A DNA stretch of 64,000 nt. Source: an uncultured euryarchaeote. Lineage in GTDB: Archaea; Thermoplasmatota; Poseidoniia; Poseidoniales; Poseidoniaceae. How positions within the stretch are numbered: the stretch's first letter is position 1; each line of letters begins with the position of its first letter. The position numbers and the translations under genes are program-made. A model generated the notes under the pieces. It was not told the DNA's origin, made no database searches, and saw only the letters and a program-made list of their open reading frames with translations. Of this stretch, positions 40,650 through 50,209 are shown in pieces. The stretch lies in assembly GCA_937894115.1 (NCBI GenBank), contig CALBFP010000001.1, positions 14,245 through 78,244 of the forward strand. The letters are read 5' to 3'.

Positions 40650-40886
40650 ATGGTCGAAACGCTGTTGTTGCGCAACGAATCCAAAGGAAGGCAGTATCCA
40701 ATCGTTCTTGAAAAGATAATTTTTGTTTTAGGCATAATTGGTTTCGCATTCATCAATGATTACGTGTGGTCATCCATTGATTTGATTTGGTACCAATGGA
40801 TGGCATCGGTTGGTCTCGCAATCGTTTTGCTGATTCTGATTGAGTTCATCGGTCGAGGGATTCAATCACTGCGAGCATCAAAATGA
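40650..40886 (+). CDS. small 2-TM membrane protein
   Basis: 78-aa ORF 9 bp after the coiled-coil gene; two hydrophobic helices. Confidence 0.7.
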   Translation: MVETLLLRNESKGRQYPIVLEKIIFVLGIIGFAFINDYVWSSIDLIWYQWMASVGLAIVLLILIEFIGRGIQSLRASK

Positions 40887-42089
40887 TCAGTATTCTTTCT
40901 CTTGAACGGGTTCTTGTGTGCGTTTGCTCATTGAGTCAATGAGACCCCATACCCGCTGCCATGGTACGAAAAATCGGAGTACTGCAACCAGACTCAAGAA
41001 CAGAAGTGCTGAAATGACCAAACCATAGGTCAATGAAAGTTCAATCGATTCAGAGACTTGTGCAGCCCATTGACTTCCAGTCGATGCGCGAACAACCTCC
41101 AACAGAACACTATGGAAGCCGAGCGCAATCATTGTTACCAATCCTGTTATGAGAAGGAATCCAGCAGTGTGTCTCAAATGACCGTTCAATACATTGTCCA
41201 TCTGGCGGACGTATTCAGGGTCTCGTTTACAGGATTCAGGCAAACGATAAGCATACTCGAGATAGCGAATTACACCGAATCCAGACTCCTGGAATACCAT
41301 GATTAGAATGGCAATCAAAATCAATGAAAATTGCTCAGTTGTCACAAGATCGAATCCAAATATTCCTACGGTTGGATCACCCACTTGAGATTCAAGTGAG
41401 ATGAGGTTTGACCCCCAATCACCAAGTTGGCTCTTAATGAGTGGGAAGGTAAGAATGGCGTGGATGCCCAAAAACAGCAACGTGAATCCGATGGCCCAAC
41501 CGATGGAACGACGTGAAAGACCCCAAATTCCCCGAGTCCCCATGATAACGGGGAGAAGGTAGATGAAGAGAATTAACAAGGAGAGAATCATCAATAACGG
41601 CCATTCAAGCGTCCTAAGTTCATCTTCTGTAGGCGCTCTCAGGTCGAGTGAGAACAGCATTGAGGGAACCCAACTGAGAATCAAACGGCCAATGAGTAGC
41701 GTCATCAGACCGATGATAAAACCGAGTTTGATGCGCTGCTGGACGCGTGGTGATTGGAATGCAAGAAGCGCCATTGAGCCTCCGAGGCTCAAGCCCAATA
41801 CGATCGGGACATAGAAGCGGGCTAAACCTGTACGCCCTCTACCCGTTAACCAATCGCCAATCGGTATTTCACCCATACCCGATTCAAGAGTATCAAACAA
41901 TCTGGTGTGATCGATACTGTTCACAACATAAGTCGAAACGACCTCAAGATACATCCATACAAGCGCTATGGTTGCAACAACCTGCAAGGTGATGATTTGC
42001 CATTGCTTGCGCAACGTCTTGAGGTGCAGCGTTCGAGCTCGACCGCCCATCAAGGATACGTCGCTTTGGGGATCGACTTCACCGGCCAT
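40887..42089 (-). CDS. hypothetical polytopic membrane protein (~8 TM)
   Basis: 400-aa ORF immediately abutting the DUF58 gene. Confidence 0.75.
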   Translation of the reverse strand: MAGEVDPQSDVSLMGGRARTLHLKTLRKQWQIITLQVVATIALVWMYLEVVSTYVVNSIDHTRLFDTLESGMGEIPIGDWLTGRGRTGLARFYVPIVLGLSLGGSMALLAFQSPRVQQRIKLGFIIGLMTLLIGRLILSWVPSMLFSLDLRAPTEDELRTLEWPLLMILSLLILFIYLLPVIMGTRGIWGLSRRSIGWAIGFTLLFLGIHAILTFPLIKSQLGDWGSNLISLESQVGDPTVGIFGFDLVTTEQFSLILIAILIMVFQESGFGVIRYLEYAYRLPESCKRDPEYVRQMDNVLNGHLRHTAGFLLITGLVTMIALGFHSVLLEVVRASTGSQWAAQVSESIELSLTYGLVISALLFLSLVAVLRFFVPWQRVWGLIDSMSKRTQEPVQEKEY

Positions 42090-43343
42090 TCAATACCCCC
42101 TCACCTGCATAATTGCTTGAGACAAATCCATGTCAGGCATCCAATCGATGACCTGCGCACCAGAACCTGCGAGTGTTGTAAGACGATTTTGGCGCTCGAG
42201 TTTGAGAACTTCGTACGACATACGAGGAATGCGTGATACAAGGCGTTCAAAGTCGATACTGGACGGTGATAAGACCGTAACCTCATGACCGCGTCCAACC
42301 AGATCTCGAACTGCAGCAGGAACGGTTCCATCTCCTTCACAAGAGGAAATCACGAACACAGGACTGCCGCGACTGAATCGTCCACTGAGCGAATTGGTTA
42401 CGGCTTGCAACGGCATGGAACCCTCAGGTTTAACCCCAGCAAGCGAACTTAGGATCTTGAAATACTGCTTGTCTCCTGTATCAGGAGGTAGGTAAGCAAG
42501 ACCGTCTCCGTAGATACCAAGCGCAACGCTGTCTCTTCGCTTCAAGAAGAATGCAGCAAGGCTTGCAGCACTCACAGTACCCATCTCAAGCGGATTTTTC
42601 AAAACCGTGCCGATACGTGAAACATCACGAGAGTCGAGAAGGAGGTACAGGTCCGTAACGGCATCTCGACACTTTTCATTCACCATCAAATCACCAGTAC
42701 GGGCAAATGCCTTCCAGTTGATGTTCTTGAATGGGTCTCCTGGTACGTATTCACGCAGAGAATAGAATTCAGAACCTTGACCAGGTGTTCGGAGTGTTGT
42801 AGCACCTGTGTACATTTTCGGAGTACGTGAACGAAGGAATGCTTCCTCGACCTCTTTAATTTGCGGGAAGATTACAATGTCCGAATGGTGGTCGACATAC
42901 ATGTCCTCGATACCGAGATTGAAGGTGTTGCGAACGCGGAGCGATACGGGTCCGATGGAGTAGTGACCACGGAGAGGGCAACGCAAGACATACCGAATGC
43001 GAGCACTTTCACCAGGACGCAGATTGAGTCGCATCTGGTTCAGTCCACTTCGAAGCTTCATCTCGTGAGGGATGTTGTCGTATACATCGAGCAATTGTGT
43101 TCGGCGATTGGAACGGTTGGTAACGAGCAATTCTACGTACAGGTCATCGCCTTTGTACAAATTGTCGGCTGAAAGGGTACGTTGTACTTCAATATCGCCA
43201 TGGCCCGATACCCACGAATTCACGACAATGAATGTAATTAAGGCCAACCCAAGAATCATCATCTGATTGTTGGTGATCATCATTCCGATGAGAATGAGAG
43301 CGATACCTCCTGTAAACGTGAACGCTGCTTTACGTGTCCACAT
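42090..43343 (-). CDS. DUF58 (COG1721) vWA-like protein, MoxR-associated family
   Basis: N-terminal TMs, RG.Y..GP, G.G.EFYSLREYVPGD...INWKAFAR...LMVNE, LLLDS. Confidence 0.9.
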   Translation of the reverse strand: MWTRKAAFTFTGGIALILIGMMITNNQMMILGLALITFIVVNSWVSGHGDIEVQRTLSADNLYKGDDLYVELLVTNRSNRRTQLLDVYDNIPHEMKLRSGLNQMRLNLRPGESARIRYVLRCPLRGHYSIGPVSLRVRNTFNLGIEDMYVDHHSDIVIFPQIKEVEEAFLRSRTPKMYTGATTLRTPGQGSEFYSLREYVPGDPFKNINWKAFARTGDLMVNEKCRDAVTDLYLLLDSRDVSRIGTVLKNPLEMGTVSAASLAAFFLKRRDSVALGIYGDGLAYLPPDTGDKQYFKILSSLAGVKPEGSMPLQAVTNSLSGRFSRGSPVFVISSCEGDGTVPAAVRDLVGRGHEVTVLSPSSIDFERLVSRIPRMSYEVLKLERQNRLTTLAGSGAQVIDWMPDMDLSQAIMQVRGY

Positions 43344-43348
43344 GATTT

Positions 43349-44935
43349 TCACCTGCGCCCCCATGCCTTGATTCGCTTGACCAAAGCTACAGATTGTTCC
43401 AAGGAATATTTGCCGGGCTCAATGGCAAATTTCGCCAAAACAGGATCTTGTATCAATCCAACCAATTCTTTGGCCGACATGGCGTGGAATTCTTCCACAG
43501 TTAATCCATTTTGATTCCGAACCTTCGAGAGAAACACCTGCCGTATTTTCTCGGTTTTTGCGTAATATGTGTATCGGTTTGCATCACCAAATCCGTAGTA
43601 AATGATGCTAAACACATGGCGCCACGGCTCAGGATCTCGCTTCTTGAGAAGCACAGCCTCAAAGGTGATGAACAGCACAACAAAGAGCGCCAGCATTGCA
43701 AGGCCTTCTCCAGTGAAATAAACCAACAAAAAGTAGACGGTGTTGTATGAATCAGCCAACAGTGCGTTTTGAGGGTGACGGCTTTCATCGAAAATGACCA
43801 AAGCATTCTCTTCTGGTCCAATCTCGCCTTCCAGTGTGCTCATCAGGGCTTCAGCGATAACATCGAGTGCCCATTTTGAGTTGCTGTTTGGAGGAATGAA
43901 TGTGTCCGTTGGGCCGTATTTGCCTTCTTGGAATCCTTCGTAATCGTATATCGCATTAATGAGAGCACTACCATCGGCAACAAAGAACACGCGACCGCCT
44001 TCATCTGGATCGCAGTTGGTCGATGCACACGCTTCGATTGAAAGGTTGAATTGACCGCGAATGTCTGGACCCCAAGCCTCACCATCTCCGTTGACATCGA
44101 GAACTGCCTGATTGGTGGTGACAGCACGAACGCTAACATCTTTGAGTGCACCACGAACACCGGGAACGATTTCGAGGCCTGTGGCGTTGTTTAACAACAT
44201 CGTATACGTTCCATTGTATTCAATTCGACCCAATTCGCCCGAGATTTTAACCCAATGCTGTTGGCACAGTCCCGCTTCAGATTTTGTCATTTCTTGACCG
44301 TCAAATTTTGAACATGGGTGCGCACCTACGTCCGATGACCATCGCCCATGCTGGTCGATGGTGTCAGGGGCGAGTTCGGTATTGTTTGTGCCACATGGTC
44401 GTTCTTGGAGGCACATCCAGATGTAATTGTGGTCGAGTTCGTCCACATAGTTTGTATCGTACAGTTTGTGGCCAGAGTAGCGAACACCGTATGCTTCACC
44501 GATGGAACCAGCGTAACCAAAGTCCTCAAGGACGATGACGGTGCCTCCATTGTCAACAAATTCAACAATTGCTTCGATCTCTGAAGGAGAATAACCGTCT
44601 TCGGTCGAGATTGTAATGAATCCGTCCTCATCAAATTGCGGGAAGGAGAGCGTATCTCTTTCAACGCCAGCTACAACGAAGACCGTATTTCGTGGATCCT
44701 CAATATCGGCAAGGAGGAGGGGACTACTCACAAGCGATTTGGTTTCAATACCCATAGCGTTAATGTCCTCGCGAAAGGCTGACATATCGTCCCAATCGTC
44801 ATCGTAGGCAGAGAGTTGACTGGTTTGACTGATGTTGATGAAATTTTGTAGAATCGTGAAAAGCAGGATGCCGAGTACGGACCAAAATGCAATTTGAAGG
44901 CCAATCCGCTTGAGATTTTTGCTTCGCTCCGACAT
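43349..44935 (-). CDS. DUF4350-like membrane-anchored extracellular protein
   Basis: N-terminal TM, SAY...W...S.F, Y...E.EAIVEFV.NGG.VIVL.DFG, G.GRV...ADGS..IN, VIFDESRH, second TM. Confidence 0.7.
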   Translation of the reverse strand: MSERSKNLKRIGLQIAFWSVLGILLFTILQNFINISQTSQLSAYDDDWDDMSAFREDINAMGIETKSLVSSPLLLADIEDPRNTVFVVAGVERDTLSFPQFDEDGFITISTEDGYSPSEIEAIVEFVDNGGTVIVLEDFGYAGSIGEAYGVRYSGHKLYDTNYVDELDHNYIWMCLQERPCGTNNTELAPDTIDQHGRWSSDVGAHPCSKFDGQEMTKSEAGLCQQHWVKISGELGRIEYNGTYTMLLNNATGLEIVPGVRGALKDVSVRAVTTNQAVLDVNGDGEAWGPDIRGQFNLSIEACASTNCDPDEGGRVFFVADGSALINAIYDYEGFQEGKYGPTDTFIPPNSNSKWALDVIAEALMSTLEGEIGPEENALVIFDESRHPQNALLADSYNTVYFLLVYFTGEGLAMLALFVVLFITFEAVLLKKRDPEPWRHVFSIIYYGFGDANRYTYYAKTEKIRQVFLSKVRNQNGLTVEEFHAMSAKELVGLIQDPVLAKFAIEPGKYSLEQSVALVKRIKAWGRR

Positions 44936-45024
44936 CCTTCCATCACCTACCTAGTACACCGTTCAGACATACACGCTTTCACATCGGTTTAGAAGGTTGT
45001 CCAACCCTGATGGAAAAATGCTCA

Positions 45025-45267
45025 TCAAATTTTGAGCATAATCACGTGCCCGAAGGCAGAAACTTCAGTTGATGGAATGGCTACAGTGCCATCTTTGAAC
45101 GGAAACGGAAGACGATTTGCGTCAATGTTCTCTGCACATCGGATGAGAAGTTCACAAATTTCACCGCTCGAGAGGTCGATAACAAAGTCTACCAGTGTGC
45201 CAAGTTTCTTTCCCTTCTTGTCTTGAACTGTGCGTCCAAACATTTCCTGGCCGAAACTTGATGCCAT
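45025..45267 (-). CDS. PRC-barrel domain protein
   Basis: GR.V.D..G..LG...D..ID..SG.I..L...IP...V.A.G..I. Confidence 0.85.
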   Translation of the reverse strand: MASSFGQEMFGRTVQDKKGKKLGTLVDFVIDLSSGEICELLIRCAENIDANRLPFPFKDGTVAIPSTEVSAFGHVIMLKI

Positions 45268-45319
45268 AGGATTCGCCTTACGGTCTCCTCAGCACGATAG
45301 GCCTTGACCGTTTCCATCC

Positions 45320-47545
45320 TCACATGGTTTCGATTCCGAAACCATAGTCGCGAGAACGCTTAATGTTCGACAAACCAGAGGTGAGTCGTGTTTCCATCTT
45401 CTGATAATACTCGAGCATTTCTGGCGTAACGGTTGGTCGAACGCGAGTGATCGCCTCATCAAAGTGCTTTTTAGTGACTTTCTTTTTCTCCTCACGCATC
45501 GCAATGAGAGCTGCTTCTCGACAAACAGCTTCGATATCTGCTCCAGTAAATCCTTCCATATTGCCCAACAAATCTTTGGTTGAGAATTTCGAAAGTGGCA
45601 TGCCCTTGGAATGTATTTCGAAAATGGCCTCACGGGCACCATGGTCTGGAGGTGGTACGTGAAGGACGCGCTCAAATCGGCCGCTTCGTAGAAGAGCAGG
45701 GTCGATCATTTCTGGACGATTGGTAGCAGCGACAACAATGACGCCATCGAGGGATTCGACTCCGTCCATGCTTGCCAAAAGTTGATTCACAACTCGATTG
45801 CCAACGTCGCTACCTTCACCGTTTGACGCACTACGCATGCTGGCGATGGATTCGAATTCATCAAGGAAGATAATCGAAGGGGAAGATTGCTTCGCCTTCT
45901 TGAAAATCTCACGTATTCCACGTTCGGATTCGCCGACCCATTTTGAAATCATTTCAGGCCCTTTAATGGATATGAAGTTGGCTTGTGCCTCGTTGGCGAT
46001 TGCTTTGGCAAGGAGTGTTTTTCCTGTCCCGGGTGCTCCAAACAAAACAATACCTCGGGGTGGTTTGATGTTGAAATGCTCAAACACTTCCGGCTTGGTT
46101 AGTGGCCATTCAACGGATTCTTTGAGTCGATCTTTGACCTCATCAAGTCCTCCAACCTCGTTCCATGCAATTTCGGGAACCTCAACATAGATTTCTCTCA
46201 AAGCCGATGGTTCAACATCTCTAATCGCAGAACGGAAATCGTCCATTCGGACTTCCATCTTCTCCAATACCTCTGGAGGAATCGTCTCTTCATCAAGGTC
46301 AATTTCAGGAAGATATCGGCGGAGCGCCTTCATTGCTGCTTCTCGTACGAGGGCTGCTAAGTCCGCACCGACGAAACCGTAGGTGTTGTCCAGAACCCAA
46401 TTGATCTCAAAATCATCAGCTATCGGCATCTGACGTGTATGGACCTCCATGATTTCCTTTCGCCCATCACGATCGGGAACACCAATCTCAATCTCTCGAT
46501 CAAATCTGCCTCCTCGGCGAAGCGCAGGGTCAAGAGCATCCCTGCGGTTTGTCGCTCCAATCACGACAACGTTGTCCCTTCCTTGCATACCGTCCAGCAA
46601 CGTAAGCATTTGAGCAACAACACGTCGTTCGACTTCTCCACTTACATCTTCTCGTTTTGGGCAAATGGAATCAATTTCGTCAATAAAGATGATTGCCGGG
46701 GACTTCTCACTCGCCTCATCGAAGATTTCTCTGAGTTGTTTTTCGGATTCACCGTAGTACTTTGAAATGATTTCAGGACCGTTTATGGATTTGAAATGGG
46801 CGTTAACTTCGGTTGCAACGGCTTTTGCAATCATGGTTTTTCCGGTTCCTGGAGGCCCGTGAAGCAAAACTCCTTTCGGTGGATCAATTCCAAGACGACG
46901 GAACAATTCTGGATGCTTGAGTGGTAACTCAATCATTTCTCGAACCTTCTGGAGTTGTTGGCCTATGCCTCCAACATCCTCGTAAGTGATGCCTTCGGAT
47001 TGACCAACATCTTCGTCATCGATGGCCTCGTCTTTGATGATGATGTCCGTATCGCTAGTGACCTTGACGATGCCTTTTGGTGTGGTTTGAACAACTGCAA
47101 ACGGTAGTGCTTCGGCAAACAGCGTCATGCCTGGAATGAAAATCCTATCACCTGCCATCACAGGACGCTTGGAAAGACCGCGACGGGCAAATCCCTCGAT
47201 TCCAGGGCCAAACTTGACCTTCTGCTTGTTGGCCATAACGGGTGAAAGTGTGAGTTTCGTGCACTCCTTGGCTTCAGCTTTCGTAATGGTAACCCTGTCA
47301 CCTAAACTAACGCCAGCATTCTTGCGAATGATTCCGTCGATTCGGATGATGTCCATCTTTGCGTCCTCTGGACGGCTTCGCCAGTAAATAGCGGCTGTAG
47401 CGCGCTTCTCACCTTTGATTTCAACGATGTCGCCCGGTTTTAGATCGAGTCCGTGTTCTCCTGAAATTCGTGCTCGGCCGTGACCTACGTCGGATGGAAT
47501 GGCCTTTGCTACGCGTAGTGATACCTCGCTTTCTTCTCCGGACAT
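45320..47545 (-). CDS. cdc48: Cdc48/VAT AAA+ ATPase
   Basis: N domain (D.G.G.ARI), two AAA modules [15 protein letters not shown] and [16 protein letters not shown] motifs DPALRR and [10 protein letters not shown]; ATG 47545 after GGAG. Confidence 0.96.
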   Translation of the reverse strand: MSGEESEVSLRVAKAIPSDVGHGRARISGEHGLDLKPGDIVEIKGEKRATAAIYWRSRPEDAKMDIIRIDGIIRKNAGVSLGDRVTITKAEAKECTKLTLSPVMANKQKVKFGPGIEGFARRGLSKRPVMAGDRIFIPGMTLFAEALPFAVVQTTPKGIVKVTSDTDIIIKDEAIDDEDVGQSEGITYEDVGGIGQQLQKVREMIELPLKHPELFRRLGIDPPKGVLLHGPPGTGKTMIAKAVATEVNAHFKSINGPEIISKYYGESEKQLREIFDEASEKSPAIIFIDEIDSICPKREDVSGEVERRVVAQMLTLLDGMQGRDNVVVIGATNRRDALDPALRRGGRFDREIEIGVPDRDGRKEIMEVHTRQMPIADDFEINWVLDNTYGFVGADLAALVREAAMKALRRYLPEIDLDEETIPPEVLEKMEVRMDDFRSAIRDVEPSALREIYVEVPEIAWNEVGGLDEVKDRLKESVEWPLTKPEVFEHFNIKPPRGIVLFGAPGTGKTLLAKAIANEAQANFISIKGPEMISKWVGESERGIREIFKKAKQSSPSIIFLDEFESIASMRSASNGEGSDVGNRVVNQLLASMDGVESLDGVIVVAATNRPEMIDPALLRSGRFERVLHVPPPDHGAREAIFEIHSKGMPLSKFSTKDLLGNMEGFTGADIEAVCREAALIAMREEKKKVTKKHFDEAITRVRPTVTPEMLEYYQKMETRLTSGLSNIKRSRDYGFGIETM

Positions 47546-47652
47546 ATCATCTCCAAGTTGCGAGAGTACTAAAACCATGAGTTGAGTAAATCCCTCAAAA
47601 TATGATGCGATTGCATCGTAGCCTTCATGGAGGGTATCGGACTCGAGTGGCT

Positions 47653-49281
47653 ATGGTCCACGTACTCGAAGCAGGTCTGACATTTATTGAAGCCAACAAT
47701 CCGAAAAACCGCCCGAGCGTGAAAGGATTCAACATCATCAACGGAAAATTGGCCGAAGCCAGCGATGGTGGGACGTTCCAATCGCAAAATCCAGCACTTT
47801 TGAGCGACATCCTTGGTGTCTTTCCGCTCTCAACACGAGACGATGTCGATGCGGCACTTGATGCGGCGCATGCTGCATTCGCATCTTGGTCGGCAACCCC
47901 TGCTCCAACACGCGGACAAATCATCGGAAACATGGGTCGCTTGCTAATGGAACACAAGGAAGACCTCGTGCGATTGCAAGCTCGAGAAATTGGAAAGACG
48001 CTGAAAGAATGTGGTGGTGAAATTCAAGAGGCCATCGATACTTGTTTGTTTTTCCAGTCCGAGGGACGACGCCTCTATGGGCAAACCGTAAACTCTGAAC
48101 TACCGGACAAAGAGTTGTTCACGTACCGCCGCCCACTCGGCGTTTGCGGCATCATTAACGCATGCAATTTCCCGTCAGCAGTCCCCTTCTGGAAAATGAT
48201 TCCAGCGATCATGTGCGGAAACACATGCGTCTGGAAATCGCCGCAAGACTCCCCGCTGCTCTCTTTTGCCTTGGCTCGAATTATGCACCAAGCAGGATTG
48301 CCTGACGGAGTAATCAATCTCGTTCATGGCAAGGGAAGCGGCGCTGGACAGTATCTCGTCGATGCGGTTGATGACGGTCGCGTCAACAAAATTTCGTTCA
48401 CAGGTTCAACCGCAGTTGGGAAGATGATCGGTGAGGTTTGTGGACGGAACCTCGTCTCATGTTCTCTTGAACTCGGAGGGAAGAACCCATTGGTTATCAT
48501 GCCTTCCGCCAACATTGAAAATGCTGTTGAAGGCGCTTATTGGGCCGGCTTTGGAACCGCAGGACAACGATGTACATCCCTTGGAAATTTAATTGTCCAC
48601 AAGGACATTTACGAGGAATTTGTCGAGAAATTGATGGCAAAAGTCCACGCAACACGTATCGGAGATTCACTCGAGCATGATGATGTTTTGTACGGATCTA
48701 TGCTGTCCGAGAAATATGCAAAAGACTTCTTGGAAGTCATCAAGATTTGCGAAGATGATGGTGCAACCAAGCTCTACGGCAAAGGTAGGATTACATCGGA
48801 CAACCAGCCTTCAGGATTTGTTGGAACAGCAGAGGAAGGAGTCTTCATGTGGCCCCATGTTTATTCAGACGTTACAGAAGACATGCGATGCTTCCACGAA
48901 GAGTTGTTTGGTCCAGCCGTAACCCTAGTGAAAGCGGACGATTTCAACCATGCTCTTCATCTTGCAAACGCAAGCCCTTACGGCCTTTCCTCGGCGATCT
49001 ACACCAACGATCGTCTCGAAGCCTATCGCTTCAAAACCGGTATCAAAGCGGGAATGACCGGAATCAACAACTCAACCACCGGTGCAGAGGCTCACCTACC
49101 GTTTGGTGGCGTCAAAGGCAGCGGAAACGGCACACGTGAATCTGGAATTTGGGTTATTGAGGCCTATTCCTATTGGCATGCAGTAAACGATGAACTGTCA
49201 GGAAAACTGCAACTCGCGCAGATGGATGTCGACGAAATCGAAATGGTTGAAGCAGAGGTTCGATGGGACGAACTGGTCTAA
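47653..49281 (+). CDS. aldehyde dehydrogenase family protein
   Basis: NFP, SFTGST, LELGGKNP, catalytic GQRCT, EELFGP, YGLSS, PFGG.K.SG. Confidence 0.93.
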   Translation: MVHVLEAGLTFIEANNPKNRPSVKGFNIINGKLAEASDGGTFQSQNPALLSDILGVFPLSTRDDVDAALDAAHAAFASWSATPAPTRGQIIGNMGRLLMEHKEDLVRLQAREIGKTLKECGGEIQEAIDTCLFFQSEGRRLYGQTVNSELPDKELFTYRRPLGVCGIINACNFPSAVPFWKMIPAIMCGNTCVWKSPQDSPLLSFALARIMHQAGLPDGVINLVHGKGSGAGQYLVDAVDDGRVNKISFTGSTAVGKMIGEVCGRNLVSCSLELGGKNPLVIMPSANIENAVEGAYWAGFGTAGQRCTSLGNLIVHKDIYEEFVEKLMAKVHATRIGDSLEHDDVLYGSMLSEKYAKDFLEVIKICEDDGATKLYGKGRITSDNQPSGFVGTAEEGVFMWPHVYSDVTEDMRCFHEELFGPAVTLVKADDFNHALHLANASPYGLSSAIYTNDRLEAYRFKTGIKAGMTGINNSTTGAEAHLPFGGVKGSGNGTRESGIWVIEAYSYWHAVNDELSGKLQLAQMDVDEIEMVEAEVRWDELV

Positions 49282-49395
49282 TCGTTCAAATTGTGCAACA
49301 TTTTCTTTCATAATTGGCACACTGCTTAAGGGCCAACCTCAAAGACCCCTTGTGTATTGGGTGAATCATCTCCCGTACTGGGAAAGGTGTGACTA

Positions 49396-50205
49396 ATGGG
49401 CGAGGGCATCAAACTTCCCGTCATAAACGGGCTAGGAAGGACCGATAGAATCGACAACTGGTGGGCCCAACCCTTTTGGATGGGCCTTGCCCTTACCGCC
49501 GCTCTGGTTTACACCGCATGGAGGCTGATTCTCTTTCCAGAAAGCATTTCTTACAGTCTAAAAGGATCGACAGTGGTATCGCCTATATTTTCACCGAACA
49601 TTTTGGAGTGGAGTCTATTTGGTCTCAATGAATGGAACCACCCCTCTTGGGTAAACGCAGCAATTCTCGTTCTCTGGATTCCTTTTGGATTCCGTGGAAC
49701 GTGCTACTACATGCGCAGAGTCTACTACAGAACCTTCTTTCAGTCACCAACTGGATGCTGGGTCGATGAACCGGAGATCAACAAAAAAATCGGTTACGGT
49801 GGGGAAAAGGGACTGTTTATCTTCAACAATCTTCATCGTTACTTTCTCTATGCAGCGATGATCATCATCGTCATCAAGTGGTGGGATGTCACCCACACCC
49901 TGCATTTCGATGCCGGTTGGGGCTTCTCCATTGGCACCTTCATCATGGCAACAGAAGCGTTTCTCTTAACCATGTACGTGACATCATGCCATGCACTTCG
50001 ACACCTCGCTGGAGGAAGTCTTGACAGATGGGCAAGCGGTATTTCCGCACTTCGCGGGCGTCTCTTCAAGCGCATCAGTGTCTTTAATCGGTCACATGGA
50101 TTCTGGTTTTGGGCAAGTCTCGGCTTCGTTTTTATTGGTGACCTGTGGACCATTGCTGTGGCGGAAGACATCATCTCGGACATGGCCTTTGTTTTGGTGG
50201 GATAG
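49396..50205 (+). CDS. succinate dehydrogenase membrane anchor, actinobacterial Sdh1 (Rv0249c-like) type
   Basis: P.GFR.TCYY.R..YYR.F..SP..C, Y.GE, N.HRYF.Y, SCH..RH..GG, N..H..W.W.SL; first gene of the sdh operon. Confidence 0.8.
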   Translation: MGEGIKLPVINGLGRTDRIDNWWAQPFWMGLALTAALVYTAWRLILFPESISYSLKGSTVVSPIFSPNILEWSLFGLNEWNHPSWVNAAILVLWIPFGFRGTCYYMRRVYYRTFFQSPTGCWVDEPEINKKIGYGGEKGLFIFNNLHRYFLYAAMIIIVIKWWDVTHTLHFDAGWGFSIGTFIMATEAFLLTMYVTSCHALRHLAGGSLDRWASGISALRGRLFKRISVFNRSHGFWFWASLGFVFIGDLWTIAVAEDIISDMAFVLVG

Positions 50206-50209
50206 ATAC

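Noticed and set aside
44936-45024. possible C/D-box sRNA in the intergenic gap
   Set aside because: One CTGA per strand but no well-placed RTGATGA C box; insufficient support.
49991-50209. N-terminal extension of SdhA, and similar long upstream starts for pyrB, mrp and the lipoprotein
   Set aside because: ORF-caller extensions overlapping neighbouring genes; downstream ATGs match family N-termini.
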